From Macrostomum lignano (lineage: Eukaryota), in contig NIVC01001895.1 of NCBI GenBank assembly GCA_002269645.1, forward strand, positions 1-58,079: DNA of 58,079 nucleotides, read 5' to 3'. The translations under genes and the position numbers were made by a program. The notes under the pieces are model-generated. The model saw only the letters and a list, made by a program, of their open reading frames with translations. It was not told the DNA's origin and ran no database searches. This document shows positions 1 through 11,528 of this stretch, piece by piece. The stretch's first letter is position 1, and each line of letters starts with the position of its first letter.

Positions 1-1
1 A

Positions 2-322
2 AGAGGTCGGAGCGGAGCCGATTTCGACAGGTCGGACTTGAGCAGAGGTCGGAGCGGAGCCGACTTCGACAGGTCGGACTTGAGCAGAAGAGGTCGGAGC
101 GGAGCCGACTTCGACAGGTCGGACTTGAGCAGCGGTCGGAGCGGAGCCGACTTCGACAGGTCGGACTTGAGCAGAAGAGGTCGGAGCGGAGCCGATTTCG
201 ACAGGTCGGATTTGAGCAGAGGTCGGAGCGGAGCCGACTTTGACAGTCGTCGCCGCGATCGCCTCGGTGGCGGCGTGGCTGCAGCGGCATCCGCGGAGCC
301 GACCAACCGCGCATCGTGGTGA
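2..322 (+). CDS. Possible 3' end of a gene with 14/15-aa tandem repeats (RGRSGADFDRSDLS); strand ambiguous
   Basis: Frame is open from the window start to TGA at 320-322. Repeat units are 42 or 45 nt, so the frame is preserved. AATAAA lies near 488. A minus-strand frame (LLKSDLSKSAPLRP repeats) is also open. Confidence 0.3.
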   Translation, partial: RGRSGADFDRSDLSRGRSGADFDRSDLSRRGRSGADFDRSDLSSGRSGADFDRSDLSRRGRSGADFDRSDLSRGRSGADFDSRRRDRLGGGVAAAASAEPTNRASW

Positions 323-733
323 CGGCCACGGACGGCACGGCAGGGCGATCCGGTGGTTGCGGTCAAGGTCGCGGCGGCGACTTCGACAGCGCAGTTTTTG
401 AGCTTCCTTGAAACTGCTTCTTTGAGCGCGTTATATTTTTTTCAAAGCAGAATTTCTTTGAAATTTGTGTGCGCAACGACACTCGTGAATAAATAAATAA
501 CTAATGCTTATTTACTTACGTAGCTTCTCTTAAGTCACAGTTTTTCTGACACACTCTTGCGCGATATGTATGGACCTATCTGTTAACCACATACTTCCTT
601 ATCTTTGCTATGTGCCTACTATATGTTATACACAGCCTCCGAGAATTAATAAAACAAACAATCTTCAACTGACTTGACGCTTAAACGTTTCTAAACGAAT
701 CATACATTTGTTATCTACAAGCGTATTAACAAC

Positions 734-3160
734 TGTCGTAGTTTGAACGAAGCTGTCGGCAGAGTTTCGTTCAAAACTGCGGTAAAGTGCAACAACGCTA
801 GCTCTAGCTAGCAGCCACTACCACATGTCCCCGTCTGCAACGGAAGACGATGGATAACGACGTCCGCAAGACAGTCAAACAAACAAACTTTAAGAACTAG
901 CTAGTAAACTTCGCAAAGTCAGTGAAATAACGCGATCACGGCTTACTCAGTCTGAGCCTACGGCACAAGGCGATTTGGGGGATTCCTCACCCTAGTGCAG
1001 GGGTCGGCAACCTTTTTCCACTTGAGGGCCCGATGAGGTTTTCAGTTCAAGACCACGGGCCACAGGTCGTCCCCGATTACTTCGCCCCCCCCCTGGGTCT
1101 TTCTTTACCCTAAAAAATCTGCCCTCTGGGTCTTTACCTCCAAAATCTGCCCCATGGGTCTTTACCCTCCAGAATCCGCCCCATGGGTCTTTACCCTCCA
1201 GAATCCGCCCATGGGTCTTTACCCCCAGAATCCGCCCCATGGGTCTTTACCCTCCAGAATCCGCCCCGTCGGTCTTTACCTTCCAGAATCCGCCCTCTGG
1301 GTCTTTACCCTCCAAAATCTGCCCCCCTGGGCCTTTACCCCCCCCCCCATACCATATTCGAAAGTTTGAACTGATGTGCTGTCTGTCTAGAGTTTGTAAA
1401 CAGCCACTTACACGATCAGTTTGGGTCTCATTGTTAACTAATTTGTTATTAAAGTTGGCAATTAAGGAAAGAAATTTCCCATTATTAGTGCACAAAACTT
1501 TTGTAGGAGAAACAATGAAGTTACAATAAAGGTGCGGGCCGGATTGTAATAATTAAGATTAAGGAAGTTCGCGGGCCGCATAGAAAGTCTTTGCGGGCCG
1601 GATCTGGCCCGCGGGCCGGAGGTTGCCGACCCCTGCCCTAGTGATTCTTCTTGTCGGAGCGATCTCTGGGGGAATCTCAGGCATGTTAGTTTGTGGTTGT
1701 TGGTGAACTTTTCTTCCTCATCGGCTTCAGAGGCAGGAGCCAGCGGGCCGAATTGATTGTTTGAAGCCAGGTGTAGTTTGGCGCCCGTCAGTAGCCAGGA
1801 GGTGTTGCGCCTTGTGACATCAGCTCGAGACATCAGCTCGAGAGCTGGTGGTGTCACCGTTGGCTTGAACTGCACCGGGTCGCCCTGCTGGAAGGTGGAG
1901 ACCACCGGAACCCGAAGTCGCCGTCCTAGCACGAGCTCGGCAGGGGTTCGTCCGCGTGAAGTTAAAGAATTGCGATGATGTAGCAGAGCCCTCTGCAAAA
2001 AAGCGATAAAGCTGCCATGTGTTAGACGCTGGGTCCATGCCTGCAAGGCTTTCTTGACAGTCTGGACGGCTCGCTCAGCTGCACCATTAGATTGAGGGGA
2101 ATATGGAGGGCTCTCCATCTTACGAGCACCATTCTTTTCCAACCAGGCGAGTAGTGGAGCTGAGGTGAACGAGCTGGTCCGAAACAACCAGCTCCGGAAC
2201 ACCAAAGCGAGTAAAAACCGTTTGCAGCGAGTTGATGACGCTGTCTGCTGATCTGTCCTTTGTGGGGAAAGCTTCTATCCAGCCCGAGTACGCATCAACC
2301 ACGATGAGAATGTTGCCAACGGCTGGTACAAAAGCCCAGTCCATGTGCACTCTTTGAAATGGAGCGGTGGCAGGTGGCCAAGTGTCCCGAGTTTTTTGTC
2401 GACGAGGTCTTAACTGAGTGCATGCCTGGCATTGATGAACGAATCGCTCCACGTCCCTCTGCATACCGGGCCACCAACAGGTCTGTGCAAGCAACTTGTG
2501 CGCTGCGTTGGAACCCGTATGAGTGTCATGCACTGTGTCGAAGGCCTCTCGTCTGAGCCTTGGTGGAATGAATGCTCGGCGGCGCATGTAGATCAGGCCA
2601 TTCTCTAGGGTCAGGTTTTCCGCGACTTTCTTAAAGGCTGCCTCTGCTTGTGTGCAGTCTCGCCAGTCACCAGTCTGACTCCATTTCGGATATTATTCTG
2701 TGTGGATCGATGGTTGGGGATTCAAAGGCAACGCAGTTTATCGCCCAAAAGGTACTGCTAGGCTCAAGATCCGCGTTTTCGAACCGGAGTCGGAGAGCGC
2801 GTCGGCATGCGGAATTTTTGTCCCTTGTACGTATTCCAGAGTGAAGTCGAATTGCATTAGAAACAACGCCCATCGGCTGATTCTGGAAGAGGTGCGCAAT
2901 GGAATGTGAATTTTCGGCCCTACAGATAGTGCAGATAGTGTGTCAGCCTATGGATTGCCCAGAAAATCGCCAGGGCCTCTCGTTCGATGTTTGAGTAGTT
3001 AGCTTCTGCGGATGAGAGAGTCCTGGAGATGTAAATCACGGGGTGCCCGTCCTGGGTCAAAACAGCCGCAAGCGCACCTTTGGAGGCGTCAGTGGTTAGA
3101 GTGGCCTCTTTTTCCAGACTGTATGGCTGCAGCACAGGCCTGGATGAGATTTCTGGATGA
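734..3160 (-). mobile_element. Decayed Ty3/Gypsy LTR retrotransposon, 3' part (RNase H, integrase, probable short 3' LTR)
   Basis: RNase H motifs TDASKG and NYSNIEREALAI; RWALFLMQFDFTLEYVQGTKIPHADALS; zinc finger HDTHTG..CQAC; integrase core RVHMDWAF..VVDAYSGW and PYSPQSNGAAERAVQTVK. Several frameshifts and stops. Purine tract AGACGGGGACA precedes TGTGGTAGT..ACTACGACA (825 to 734). Confidence 0.9.
998..1635. mobile_element. Non-autonomous hAT (Charlie-like) MITE, 638 bp
   Basis: Perfect 16-bp TIR CAGGGGTCGGCAACCT (998-1013 and 1620-1635). Perfect 8-bp TSD CCCTAGTG (990-997 and 1636-1643). Internal 29-30 bp tandem repeat at about 1094-1340. Confidence 0.93.
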
Positions 3161-3285
3161 GAATCTTCAACTGACTTAACGCTTAAACTTTTCTAAACGA
3201 ATCATAATTTTCTTATCTACGAGCGTATTAACAAGTTTATTTTCTTTAGCTTTACTTTATAAACTCCAAGGCACACAGGCTGTAC

Positions 3286-5179
3286 ATGCCCGCCGATTTG
3301 AGAGTCAGGGAAGCTGTACAACCTGCGAGCTCAGGGGTCATCTGACACTCCACAATCTCATCTGACACTCCACAATCTCATCTGACACTCCACAATCTCA
3401 TCTGACACTCCATAATCTAATCTGTCATATGGATTTATTAAAGTTCCTTTCTAGGCCTTGAATTATATTATCGCACTTATGTCTATGGCATAGTACTAAT
3501 ATGTACATGTGAGTAGCAAATCTACAAAATTAAAGAAAAATTTTTCTTTGAACTTTGAAAGAGATTATAAAGCACGCAATTGTATATTCGCTAGTGAGCA
3601 AAATGTATCTAAAAGTTTGGAATTTCTTTTTGCTACCACTGTGCATCGTTTTGCTGTCTCAGTTAGTACATGAATCACTAGGATGCGTCCTAAATCCGTA
3701 CTATGCATACTATGACGGTTACAGGCGATGTAAGTAGACAGCCCTGCATTCGATTAAACGCTCAGCTTGTATCTGTTTTACCTACTAGATTCTTTGCTAC
3801 TGCATTGTGTCACTCTACTGCATTCTGTGTTACTCTACTGCATTCTGTGTCCCTCTACTGCAATGTGTGTCACTCTACTGCATTGTGTGTCACTCTACTG
3901 CATTCTGTGTCACTCTACTGCATTCTGTGTCCCTCTACTGCATTCTGTGTTACTCTACTGCATTCTGTGTCACTCTACTGCATTCTGTGTCCCTCTACTG
4001 GATTGTGTGTCACTCTACTGCATTGTGTGTCACTCTACTGCATTCTGTGTCACTCTAACGCATTTTTTGTCACTCTAACGCATATTGTGTCACTCTAACG
4101 CATATTGTGTCATTCTAATGCATTTTGTGTTACTCTACTGCATTTTGTGTTACTCTACTGCATTCTGTGTTACTCTACTGCATCTTGTGTTACTCTACTG
4201 CATTCTGTGTTACTCTACTGCATTCTGTGTCACTCTACTGCATTCTGTGTTACTCTACTGCATTCTGTGTTACTCTACTGCATTCTGTGGCACTCTACTG
4301 CATTCTGTGTCACTCTACTGCATTCTGTGTCATTCTACTGCATTCTGTGTCACTCTACTGCATTCTGTGTCACTCTACAAACATACGTCACTCCTTGCTT
4401 CTGTGCCACCTTATCCGTGAATCAAGATTGGAATTAAGAAATCGATTTTTCATTTTTGCAGACAAGATCCATAAAGAGGAAAAGAACCGAGAAAAGGTCA
4501 TTGTGGCAAAAGGTCTGTACGGAATCAGTTTTGTGAATTTTATCGCGAATATCAGCCTCTATCAACTGCCAACTACTGCACATCAATTCAACTCCCTATT
4601 ATTCCGCTTGCAGCTCAGCAAAAGATGGATTCCATGAAAGCTTCGAGAAAACAGCTTACTCAAAAGCGTGAGTTTCTTACACACCCCCTACCACTGACAC
4701 ACCTATCAAGTGACACACCACTCACACCACTCACCTGACACACCACTCACCTGACACACCACTCACATGGCACATCACTTACCTGACACATCACTTACCT
4801 GACACACCACTTACCTGACACACCACTCACCTGACACACCACTCACCTGACACACCACTCACACTGACCACTCACCTGACACACCACTCACCTGACACAC
4901 ACTCACCTGACACACACACACACACTCACCTGACACCACCTCACACACCACTCACTGTCACACCAATTACCTGACACACCACTTACCTGATCTGACACAC
5001 TAATCACCTGATACACCACTCACCTGACGCACCATCTGACACATCAACTGACACATCAAGTTCGGTTACCTCATTTTGTTTACAATCTCCACTATTTTTC
5101 AGCAGCCAAGGTGCAGGGCATTAAACCGAGTATCCCATCTTCTGGTGCCGTCATGGTTTCGCAAAGGTTAAATCCATGA
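3286..5179 (+). CDS. Putative small spliced gene of unknown function (exons 3286-3336?, 3663-3729, 4462-4512, 4614-4667, 5103-5179; about 100 aa)
   Basis: Donors GTAAGT (3730) and GTGAGT (4668), pyrimidine-rich acceptors, compatible phases 0/1/1/1. Reads LVHESLGCVLNPYYAYYDGYRRYKIHKEEKNREKVIVAKAQQKMDSMKASRKQLTQKPAKVQG...LNP*. AATAAA near 5346. No family recognised and the first exon is weak. Confidence 0.4.
3340..3425. repeat. 20-bp tandem repeat x4 (TCTGACACTCCACAATCTCA)
   Basis: Directly visible units. Confidence 0.9.
3797..4378. repeat. 20-bp minisatellite (CATTCTGTGTCACTCTACTG), about 29 copies
   Basis: Directly visible; explains the overlapping repetitive ORFs at 3703-4637. Confidence 0.97.
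4680..5055. repeat. About 16-bp minisatellite (CACCTGACACACCACT)
   Basis: Directly visible degenerate units. Confidence 0.92.
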
Positions 5180-5819
5180 CGTTGCACCTATGCTGATTGC
5201 ACTTGCACAACACTGCGTCTGAATACGTACGAGTATACACACTGTACTAGTAGAAGGTCTAACAAGACACTATTTGTAAGTGTATTTTCAAGACTTCTGC
5301 TTCTAGGCCCATATTTTGGCAAATTATTTTTGCTTTTTGTTCTTGAATAAACGACAAAACTGCATACAAAACTGTAGCAGTAAACGCGGTGCCTTGCAAA
5401 TTTTAGTACTCGTAGCTAAAATTGATAACAATCAACATTTCGAGCTCATTTTCTTTTTGCACGTCTAACGTGACCAGCAATTATCATCAGGAATAGAAGA
5501 TTTCTCTGACCGGTTTCTACTTAGTTACACGAGTACAATCTCGCAAAACCACGAAGTGCTCGTATCCAATGACAAAACGCGGCCTATATCGATGCAAAGA
5601 CCAATGTACTGTAGTAGACTACATCCTTGTCTCTATGTTGAAACGCGGGGTGAACTCTGAATCCAGAGAAAATGCAACCGAGGATTCAAGGCGCTAAATA
5701 CTAACATGTGATAAGAAAGCAGCTTTTACTTGAATGATAAAAATTAATCGTTGAAAAAGGCAATGCTGGTGTTCATTGTTAACAAAATCATTCAAGGAAT
5801 CGGTAGGTAAATGATGGAA

Positions 5820-7130
5820 TCGAATCCATAGTCTTCGGACAAGCTGTCCGAAGAACTTAAGGCGCATGAAAGAAGGCATCACCGAGCGTGTAAAATTCAC
5901 ATCGGATTGGATGTCACGGTTGATGATAGCTTGGCAAGATTCAATCTGAGAGACTTCAATGAGGCGATGCAAAGAGAGTACCAACCTCTGCCCAGCATCG
6001 GCTAATCAACCGGTTAATGCAGGTGAAATTTTCTTCAATTAGAATTGCGCGAGAAGTCGTGCAAGCTTTCAATAATTTTCATTTGTCTACTGACCACTCA
6101 TGCGTTACAAGCGCGTATCAATGGGTTGGGTTTAACTCTTCTTTTGTGTGCCGGCCGACATCCCAGCGGACCTGATGTGCCGCGGCACAGCCGGGCAGAC
6201 TACCAAGCTCGCACGCTGGCAGCGGTTCACCTACATGTACCCCGGCGGTCTGGTGCCCCCACGTGGAGGAAGGCCTCCGGTGGCGCAGAGGACTTGCCTG
6301 GGCGGCCCTCCTTCGATCTGGGCATCCTCCAGTCCGAAGCGCTGCCCGACCGCCAGAGGGCTCGGCTGTGGCAGGCGGTGGTCGAAACCGTCCTGCTCTA
6401 CAACGCTGAGACGAACGCTGACGGCTACGCTGGAGCGGCAGCTGGACTCGGCGCACTCAGGGCTGCTCCGTGCGGCCTTTCGAGCTGACGAGAGCGTCGG
6501 GACCGAGGCCCTGTACGATCGGGCCAAGCTGCAGCGCCCGTCCACCATCCTGCGCCGGCGGCGACTTCAACTGGCGGGCGGCCACGTGATCCGGGCCGAG
6601 GGCTACTGCCCCCAACCTGTTCAGGACGTCCTGCTGCTCACCTTGCAGGGCCAGTTAGAGGCGGGGTCAGGCCCAAACCTGTCGATACGTGAGCTGCCTC
6701 CTACGCGACGCCGGGGTGCCCGACACTGCCAACGGGGCGGACTTCGTCCACTCTCAGGCTCTGCGGCGTGCCATCTGACGCGCCCTGCGTGGCTAGCAAA
6801 CAGCGAGGCTGTGTAATTTTTTGTTGTTGTTGTTGTTGTTTTGCATGCCAATCGGCGATGTAAAAGAATATTGGCAGGCCTAACAGGAGTGCTAAACATC
6901 CATGATGATAGCTCGTATCAAGATGCTATGATAAAAGCTTTCACAAACATTCAAGCAGCCGATAAACTCACTTGAGTTGAGATACTTCGTGGGATTAGGT
7001 CAATTTTTGAATCGATTCATACCGAATCTGGCACCTATTTCCAGCCGATTCAGAAAACGGCCTCGAAAGGTTTCAACTAGCAGTGGTCGACGGCGCGCTC
7101 AGATGAATACGTTTGAACGGAATAAAACTC
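5820..7130 (+). pseudogene. Highly decayed Gypsy reverse transcriptase relic, interrupted by a LINE
   Basis: Fragments in RT order: NLRDFNEAMQREYQPLPSI (about 5945-6000), RILAGLTGVLNIHDD (about 6865-6910, catalytic xxDD) and LRYFVGLGQFLNRFIPNLAPI (6977-7040). Many stops and frameshifts. Confidence 0.6.
6145..6842 (+). mobile_element. 5'-truncated, frameshifted RTE-like non-LTR retrotransposon with (TTG)n tail
   Basis: QSEALPDRQRARLWQAVVETVLLYNAE and LRRRRLQLAG..IRAEGYCPQPVQDVLLL are homologous to the copy at 16907-17814. Ends in TTTTTTGTTGTTGTTGTTGTT. Confidence 0.85.
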
Positions 7131-7499
7131 TAATGTACCTTCATCGTTTCAACGGCAATGACGAAAACAACGGAAATATTGGATGAAGACCAAGGTTTGA
7201 TTTACTGGCCTAATGCTTGGGTCAGACGCAGTTATCACTACTGATCCGAGGTGGCTAGTAAGGAATGACTAGTTTGATGAAGACTGCGTGAAGACTGCCT
7301 ATAGCGTTACAAACTGCCAAAACAATTTCTTTGGAAAGTGATATCCAACGACAAAACTGGCTGCATGTTTCATCTGGTTATAGCTCGTACTATAACATGT
7401 AGTTTGTATTTTGAGATCAGTAAAAATACTGATCTCTGGAGCAGTAACCAAGCAAACCAAGACGAAGTAACTGTCTGTAGTCTCTCCACTTTCTCCTGT

Positions 7500-8220
7500 A
7501 TTACTCCACTGCATTATCCGTCACTCCACTCCCTCCTGTGTCACTCCGTTTCCCTATGCGTATGCGTTGCTCCACTCCCCTATGCGTCACTCAACTCCCT
7601 TATGCGTCACTCCACTCCCCTATGCGTCACTCCACTCCCCTATGCGTCACTCAACTCCCTTATGCGTCACTCCACTCCCCTATGCGTCACTCCACTCTCT
7701 TATACGTCACTCCACTCCCCTATGCGTCACTCAACTCCCAATGCGTCACTCCACTCCCTTATGCGTCACTCAACTCCCCTATGCGTCACTCAACTCCCTT
7801 ATGCGTCACTCCACTCCCCTATGCGTCACTCAACTCCCTTATGCGTCACTCAACTCCCTTATGCGTCACTTAACTCCCTTATGCGTCACTCCACTCCCTT
7901 ATGCGTCACTCAACTCCCTTATGCGTCACTCCACTCCCCTATGCGTCACTCAACTCCCCTATGCGTCACTCAACTCCCTTATGCGTCGCTCCACTCCCTT
8001 ATACGTCACTCCACTCCCCTATGCGTCACTCCACTCCCCTATGCGTCACTCCACTCCCCTATGCGTCACTCCACTCCTTTATCAGTCACTCCACTCCCTT
8101 ATACGTCACTCCACTCCCCTATGCGTCACTCCACTCCCCTATGCGTCACTCCACTCCCCTATGCGTCACTCCACTCCCCTATGCGTCACTCCACTCCCCT
8201 ATGCGTCACTCCACTCCCTG
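7500..8220. repeat. 20-bp minisatellite (GCGTCACTCCACTCCCCTAT), about 35 copies
   Basis: Directly visible; source of the 7338-8268 ORFs. Confidence 0.97.
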
Positions 8221-9253
8221 ATGTGTAGCTCAATTACCACGTGTCATTCCACTCCCTCTGCGTCTTAGGCATGCAGAAGTGCAATTTTCTAGGTTTCCTA
8301 AGTTTCTAGTTTCTAGTGGTCCTTGAACATGCACCAGTAACATGCATCGGGTAGATGTATTGGTGACCTGTATCTGTCGCATACGTGGGTGACATGCATA
8401 TGCAGGCTCATAACCAACATTAAAGACTCGAGAATGAGTATGAAAAAATTCTGCCTACAGGCAGTTCCAACTTTTATTACTTGGCTAGAAGCTCTCTAAA
8501 ATAATATGTTGAACTAATGCGGGGCATAGAAAACGTAGTTTTTTCCTGCACAAAAGCATAGCTCGCATGCACAAATAAGCTATTCTCAAGCCTCTAAAGC
8601 AGAGCCTGTGGTAAGACTAACACAGTTTAGTTTAAGCAATCGTCCACCCATTTTAATTCAGTAGCTAGCTCTTATTTACTTTCATCTCAACTGGTCACAC
8701 GCCGAGAAGCACAATAGCAATGGAGCCCGATCTGCTTTTACCTCCCAACAGAAGCAGCTGCAATATCAGCCCTGATTCGAAAGCCCTCTCCAGGGGTTTT
8801 CATATTGTTTGACCATACTAATAAAAAGAAGGCTATTGTGCGTCGCTTCGATAGAAATCTCACTTTGAGCTCTACGAGGGGTTCTGCCAAGAAGGACAGA
8901 CTTTAGTGCCTCAGGGCGAATGTAGAAAGCACCCGCGAGAGACAGCGCGTGCTCTAAAGTGTCTGTTGGGCCAGTGCAGCAGTAGACGCAAGGTAGCAAA
9001 CCTAATAAATTTGCCAGCTAAAATTGCTTAGCAAAAGAGTTTAGGAAATGCTTGAAACTTATAGAGCAACCATTTAAGATTGATAACAATTGAGCAGTAA
9101 ACAATATTTTGAAAGGCTAGAGGTAGGTAAGGGAACGAAGCGGCGTGGTTTGCGTTCGCTGGATACAAGCGTCTACGGAGCGGTCAGCCAGATAGGTTTG
9201 GGGTGGGGCACTTTAAAGAACGAACGGACAGTGGTAAACGAACGCTCCCTGGG

Positions 9254-9261
9254 TATAAAAG
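9254..9261 (+). promoter_or_regulatory. Candidate TATA box of rhomboid copy 1
   Basis: TATAAAAG about 130 nt before the ATG at 9386. The same motif is kept at the equivalent position (13278-13285) in the diverged 5' stub. Confidence 0.55.
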
Positions 9262-9385
9262 GCGATGCTTTTGATCAAGCATAGGAATTCAAAACAACGC
9301 AAAAAATAATCTTTAAAGCAAAAAACTGTAGCATTAGCTTAACCCTAATTAGTTTATAGGATTTCCTTGAAAGTCTTCGAAAACA

Positions 9386-11008
9386 ATGGACAACCGCGGC
9401 TACTACACGATGCAGCCCCAGGCTCAGCAGTCCAACCAGTCCCAAAGTTACCAGTCCCAGACGCAGCAGAGAGTCGCCACAACCACATCGTCCGGCCAGC
9501 GGCAGCTCCAGTATGGCTACTCTGTCCCGGAAGTTCGGGTGGAGCTGGACACCCGCCAGCAGTATCCTGCCTCTACCGGACGATACGAATACTCGCAAAG
9601 TATCGGCGGCGGGACCGCAGCCAACGGAAACGGAACGAGCCACTCGCTCAAGGCCCAGTTCGCGAACCAGCAGTTCGAGATGCAGCATCCGACTGTCACT
9701 GCGTCAAACACAAACAGAAACTTCCTCAGCGTCTCCGGACACGACAAGCCTGACGGAGGTCCCGGAGGCGGAAGTGCCGCAATCAGTGTATGCGCTTCGT
9801 CGAACTGCGACAACTCTGAGCACATGAACGAAGACCAGTACAGAGAGTGGCTCACCAAGAACTTCAAGTACCGCTTCGATCCGTACGTGACTACTGGAGG
9901 CATGCCGCTCAAGGAGTTCATGGAGATGGCAGAGTCTGTCAACTTTAACCGGTCTCGAAACCTACAGGGACTGTTTAAGAGGCTGGACAAAGACGGAAAT
10001 CAACGAGTGTCTTGGGACGAGTTCTTTACCGGAATGAAGTACACGAAAAAGTCGGAGGTGTCTCGATCGAAGAGAGTCATCAACTCGTTCATCGAGAGCA
10101 TGACGCCTGCAGCGCAGAAGAAGCTTCGCAAAGAGAAGATCGAGGCAGCTCAAGCCGGAGAGCCGATCCCGGAAGAGAGCTACCTTGAGGCGTACAACTG
10201 CAGGCCGCCGCCGCTCTTCATTCCGCTGTTCTATGTAGCCGTTTGGATCTTCTTCATCATCTACACGGTTGAGCTGTCCAAGGGACCCGAGTGGAACAAG
10301 GTGGGATGGGAAAAAGGATTCCCGTACTACAGCCCGCTGGTCTTCTGTCCGAGTCTCCGACAAGAAGCTTGGCGCTTCGTGTCCTACATGTTCCTGCACA
10401 ATGGCTACCACCACGTCGTCTTCAACACGATCCTGTCGTTCCTTCTAGGAATCCCGCTGGAAAGTGTCCACAAAGCTTGGCGAGTAGGTCCAGTGTTTCT
10501 AATCGGTGTAACCATTGGTGCCATGGCCAGCAGCATCGCAGACCATAACACAATGCTGATCGGAGCCTCCGGTGGGGTGTACGCTTTGTTCGGAGCCCAC
10601 TATGCCACGGTGCTCATGAACTGGGAGGAGCTGCAGGATGACTGGCTGGATATCAGAGCAAATCCGCTGAAATTCCTTCTGAGTGGGATCATGCGCCTTG
10701 TCTATCTGACCCTCTTGCTCATCCTGGACTTTGGCATCAGTTTCTATGGACGCTACTCCGGAACTCAAACCCTCCCTGTGAGCGTTGCTGCTCACGTCGG
10801 AGGCCTGCTGGCTGGGTTCTTTGCTGGAGTTCCCATTCTACGAAACATCGACAAGAAACCGTGGGAGAGCAAGGTGTCGATTGTGTGCTGGGTTGTGCTG
10901 GCATGCATGTTTCTTTTCGGCGTGTTCTGGAACATTTTCTACAAGAACTACCCAGCAGCTGACAGCATCGTCTGCTCCAATACAGCGCTGGCCGACTCGT
11001 TGGGATGA
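9386..11008 (+). CDS. Intronless rhomboid intramembrane serine protease with N-terminal EF-hand (RHBDL1/3, Rhomboid-4-like), copy 1, 540 aa
   Basis: WR motif (QEAWRFVSYMFLH), HVVFN, catalytic GASGG and AHVGG, canonical EF loop DKDGNQRVSWDE, multiple hydrophobic helices, Gln-rich N-terminus. Confidence 0.95.
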   Translation: MDNRGYYTMQPQAQQSNQSQSYQSQTQQRVATTTSSGQRQLQYGYSVPEVRVELDTRQQYPASTGRYEYSQSIGGGTAANGNGTSHSLKAQFANQQFEMQHPTVTASNTNRNFLSVSGHDKPDGGPGGGSAAISVCASSNCDNSEHMNEDQYREWLTKNFKYRFDPYVTTGGMPLKEFMEMAESVNFNRSRNLQGLFKRLDKDGNQRVSWDEFFTGMKYTKKSEVSRSKRVINSFIESMTPAAQKKLRKEKIEAAQAGEPIPEESYLEAYNCRPPPLFIPLFYVAVWIFFIIYTVELSKGPEWNKVGWEKGFPYYSPLVFCPSLRQEAWRFVSYMFLHNGYHHVVFNTILSFLLGIPLESVHKAWRVGPVFLIGVTIGAMASSIADHNTMLIGASGGVYALFGAHYATVLMNWEELQDDWLDIRANPLKFLLSGIMRLVYLTLLLILDFGISFYGRYSGTQTLPVSVAAHVGGLLAGFFAGVPILRNIDKKPWESKVSIVCWVVLACMFLFGVFWNIFYKNYPAADSIVCSNTALADSLG

Positions 11009-11221
11009 ACGCCTTGGAATCGCGAAGTGAGACGAACGCTTCAGAGTATAACGTTTATATTTAGGCTTGCCTCTTTATTAATAAGAGAAATGATGAAATT
11101 TTGTGAAATTACTAGATTGCGTACATTTATACGAGCTATGCGATTTCAAACATTCAGACGTTAAATAAGTTATATGTCTGCGTCAGTTGATAGTGTCAAA
11201 AGCTTTATAATACGATCGTGT

Positions 11222-11528
11222 AATATCATAATAATAATTGTTTACACCTGCCCTAACGGCAGATGGACAACCGGCAGCTCAGCCGCAGCTATTGCGTGCC
11301 GCATCTGAAGGCTGCGTACGGCTGTTCAGTCCAATGACTGGGGAGTCGCCACACATCCTCAAATGCCCCAGATAATGCTGGCACCCATTTTACAGCTGGG
11401 TGAACTGAAGAAATACAGAGTTAGGTGTCTTACTCAAGGACACAAATTGTTCCAGTAGGATCGGGAATCGAACCCCTGACCTTCAAGTCGTGAGTCCGAC
11501 GCTCCAATCACTAGGCTAAAACCCCCAA
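11222..11528 (-). mobile_element. tRNA-derived SINE with CORE-like central domain
   Basis: Minus strand: A-box TAGCCTAGTGATTGG, B-box GGTTCGATTCCC, then TGTGTCCTTGAGTAAGACACCTAAC...CAGTTCACCCAGCTGTAAAATGGG, which resembles the MIR/CORE consensus. Ends in a (TTA)-rich tail. Confidence 0.8.
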
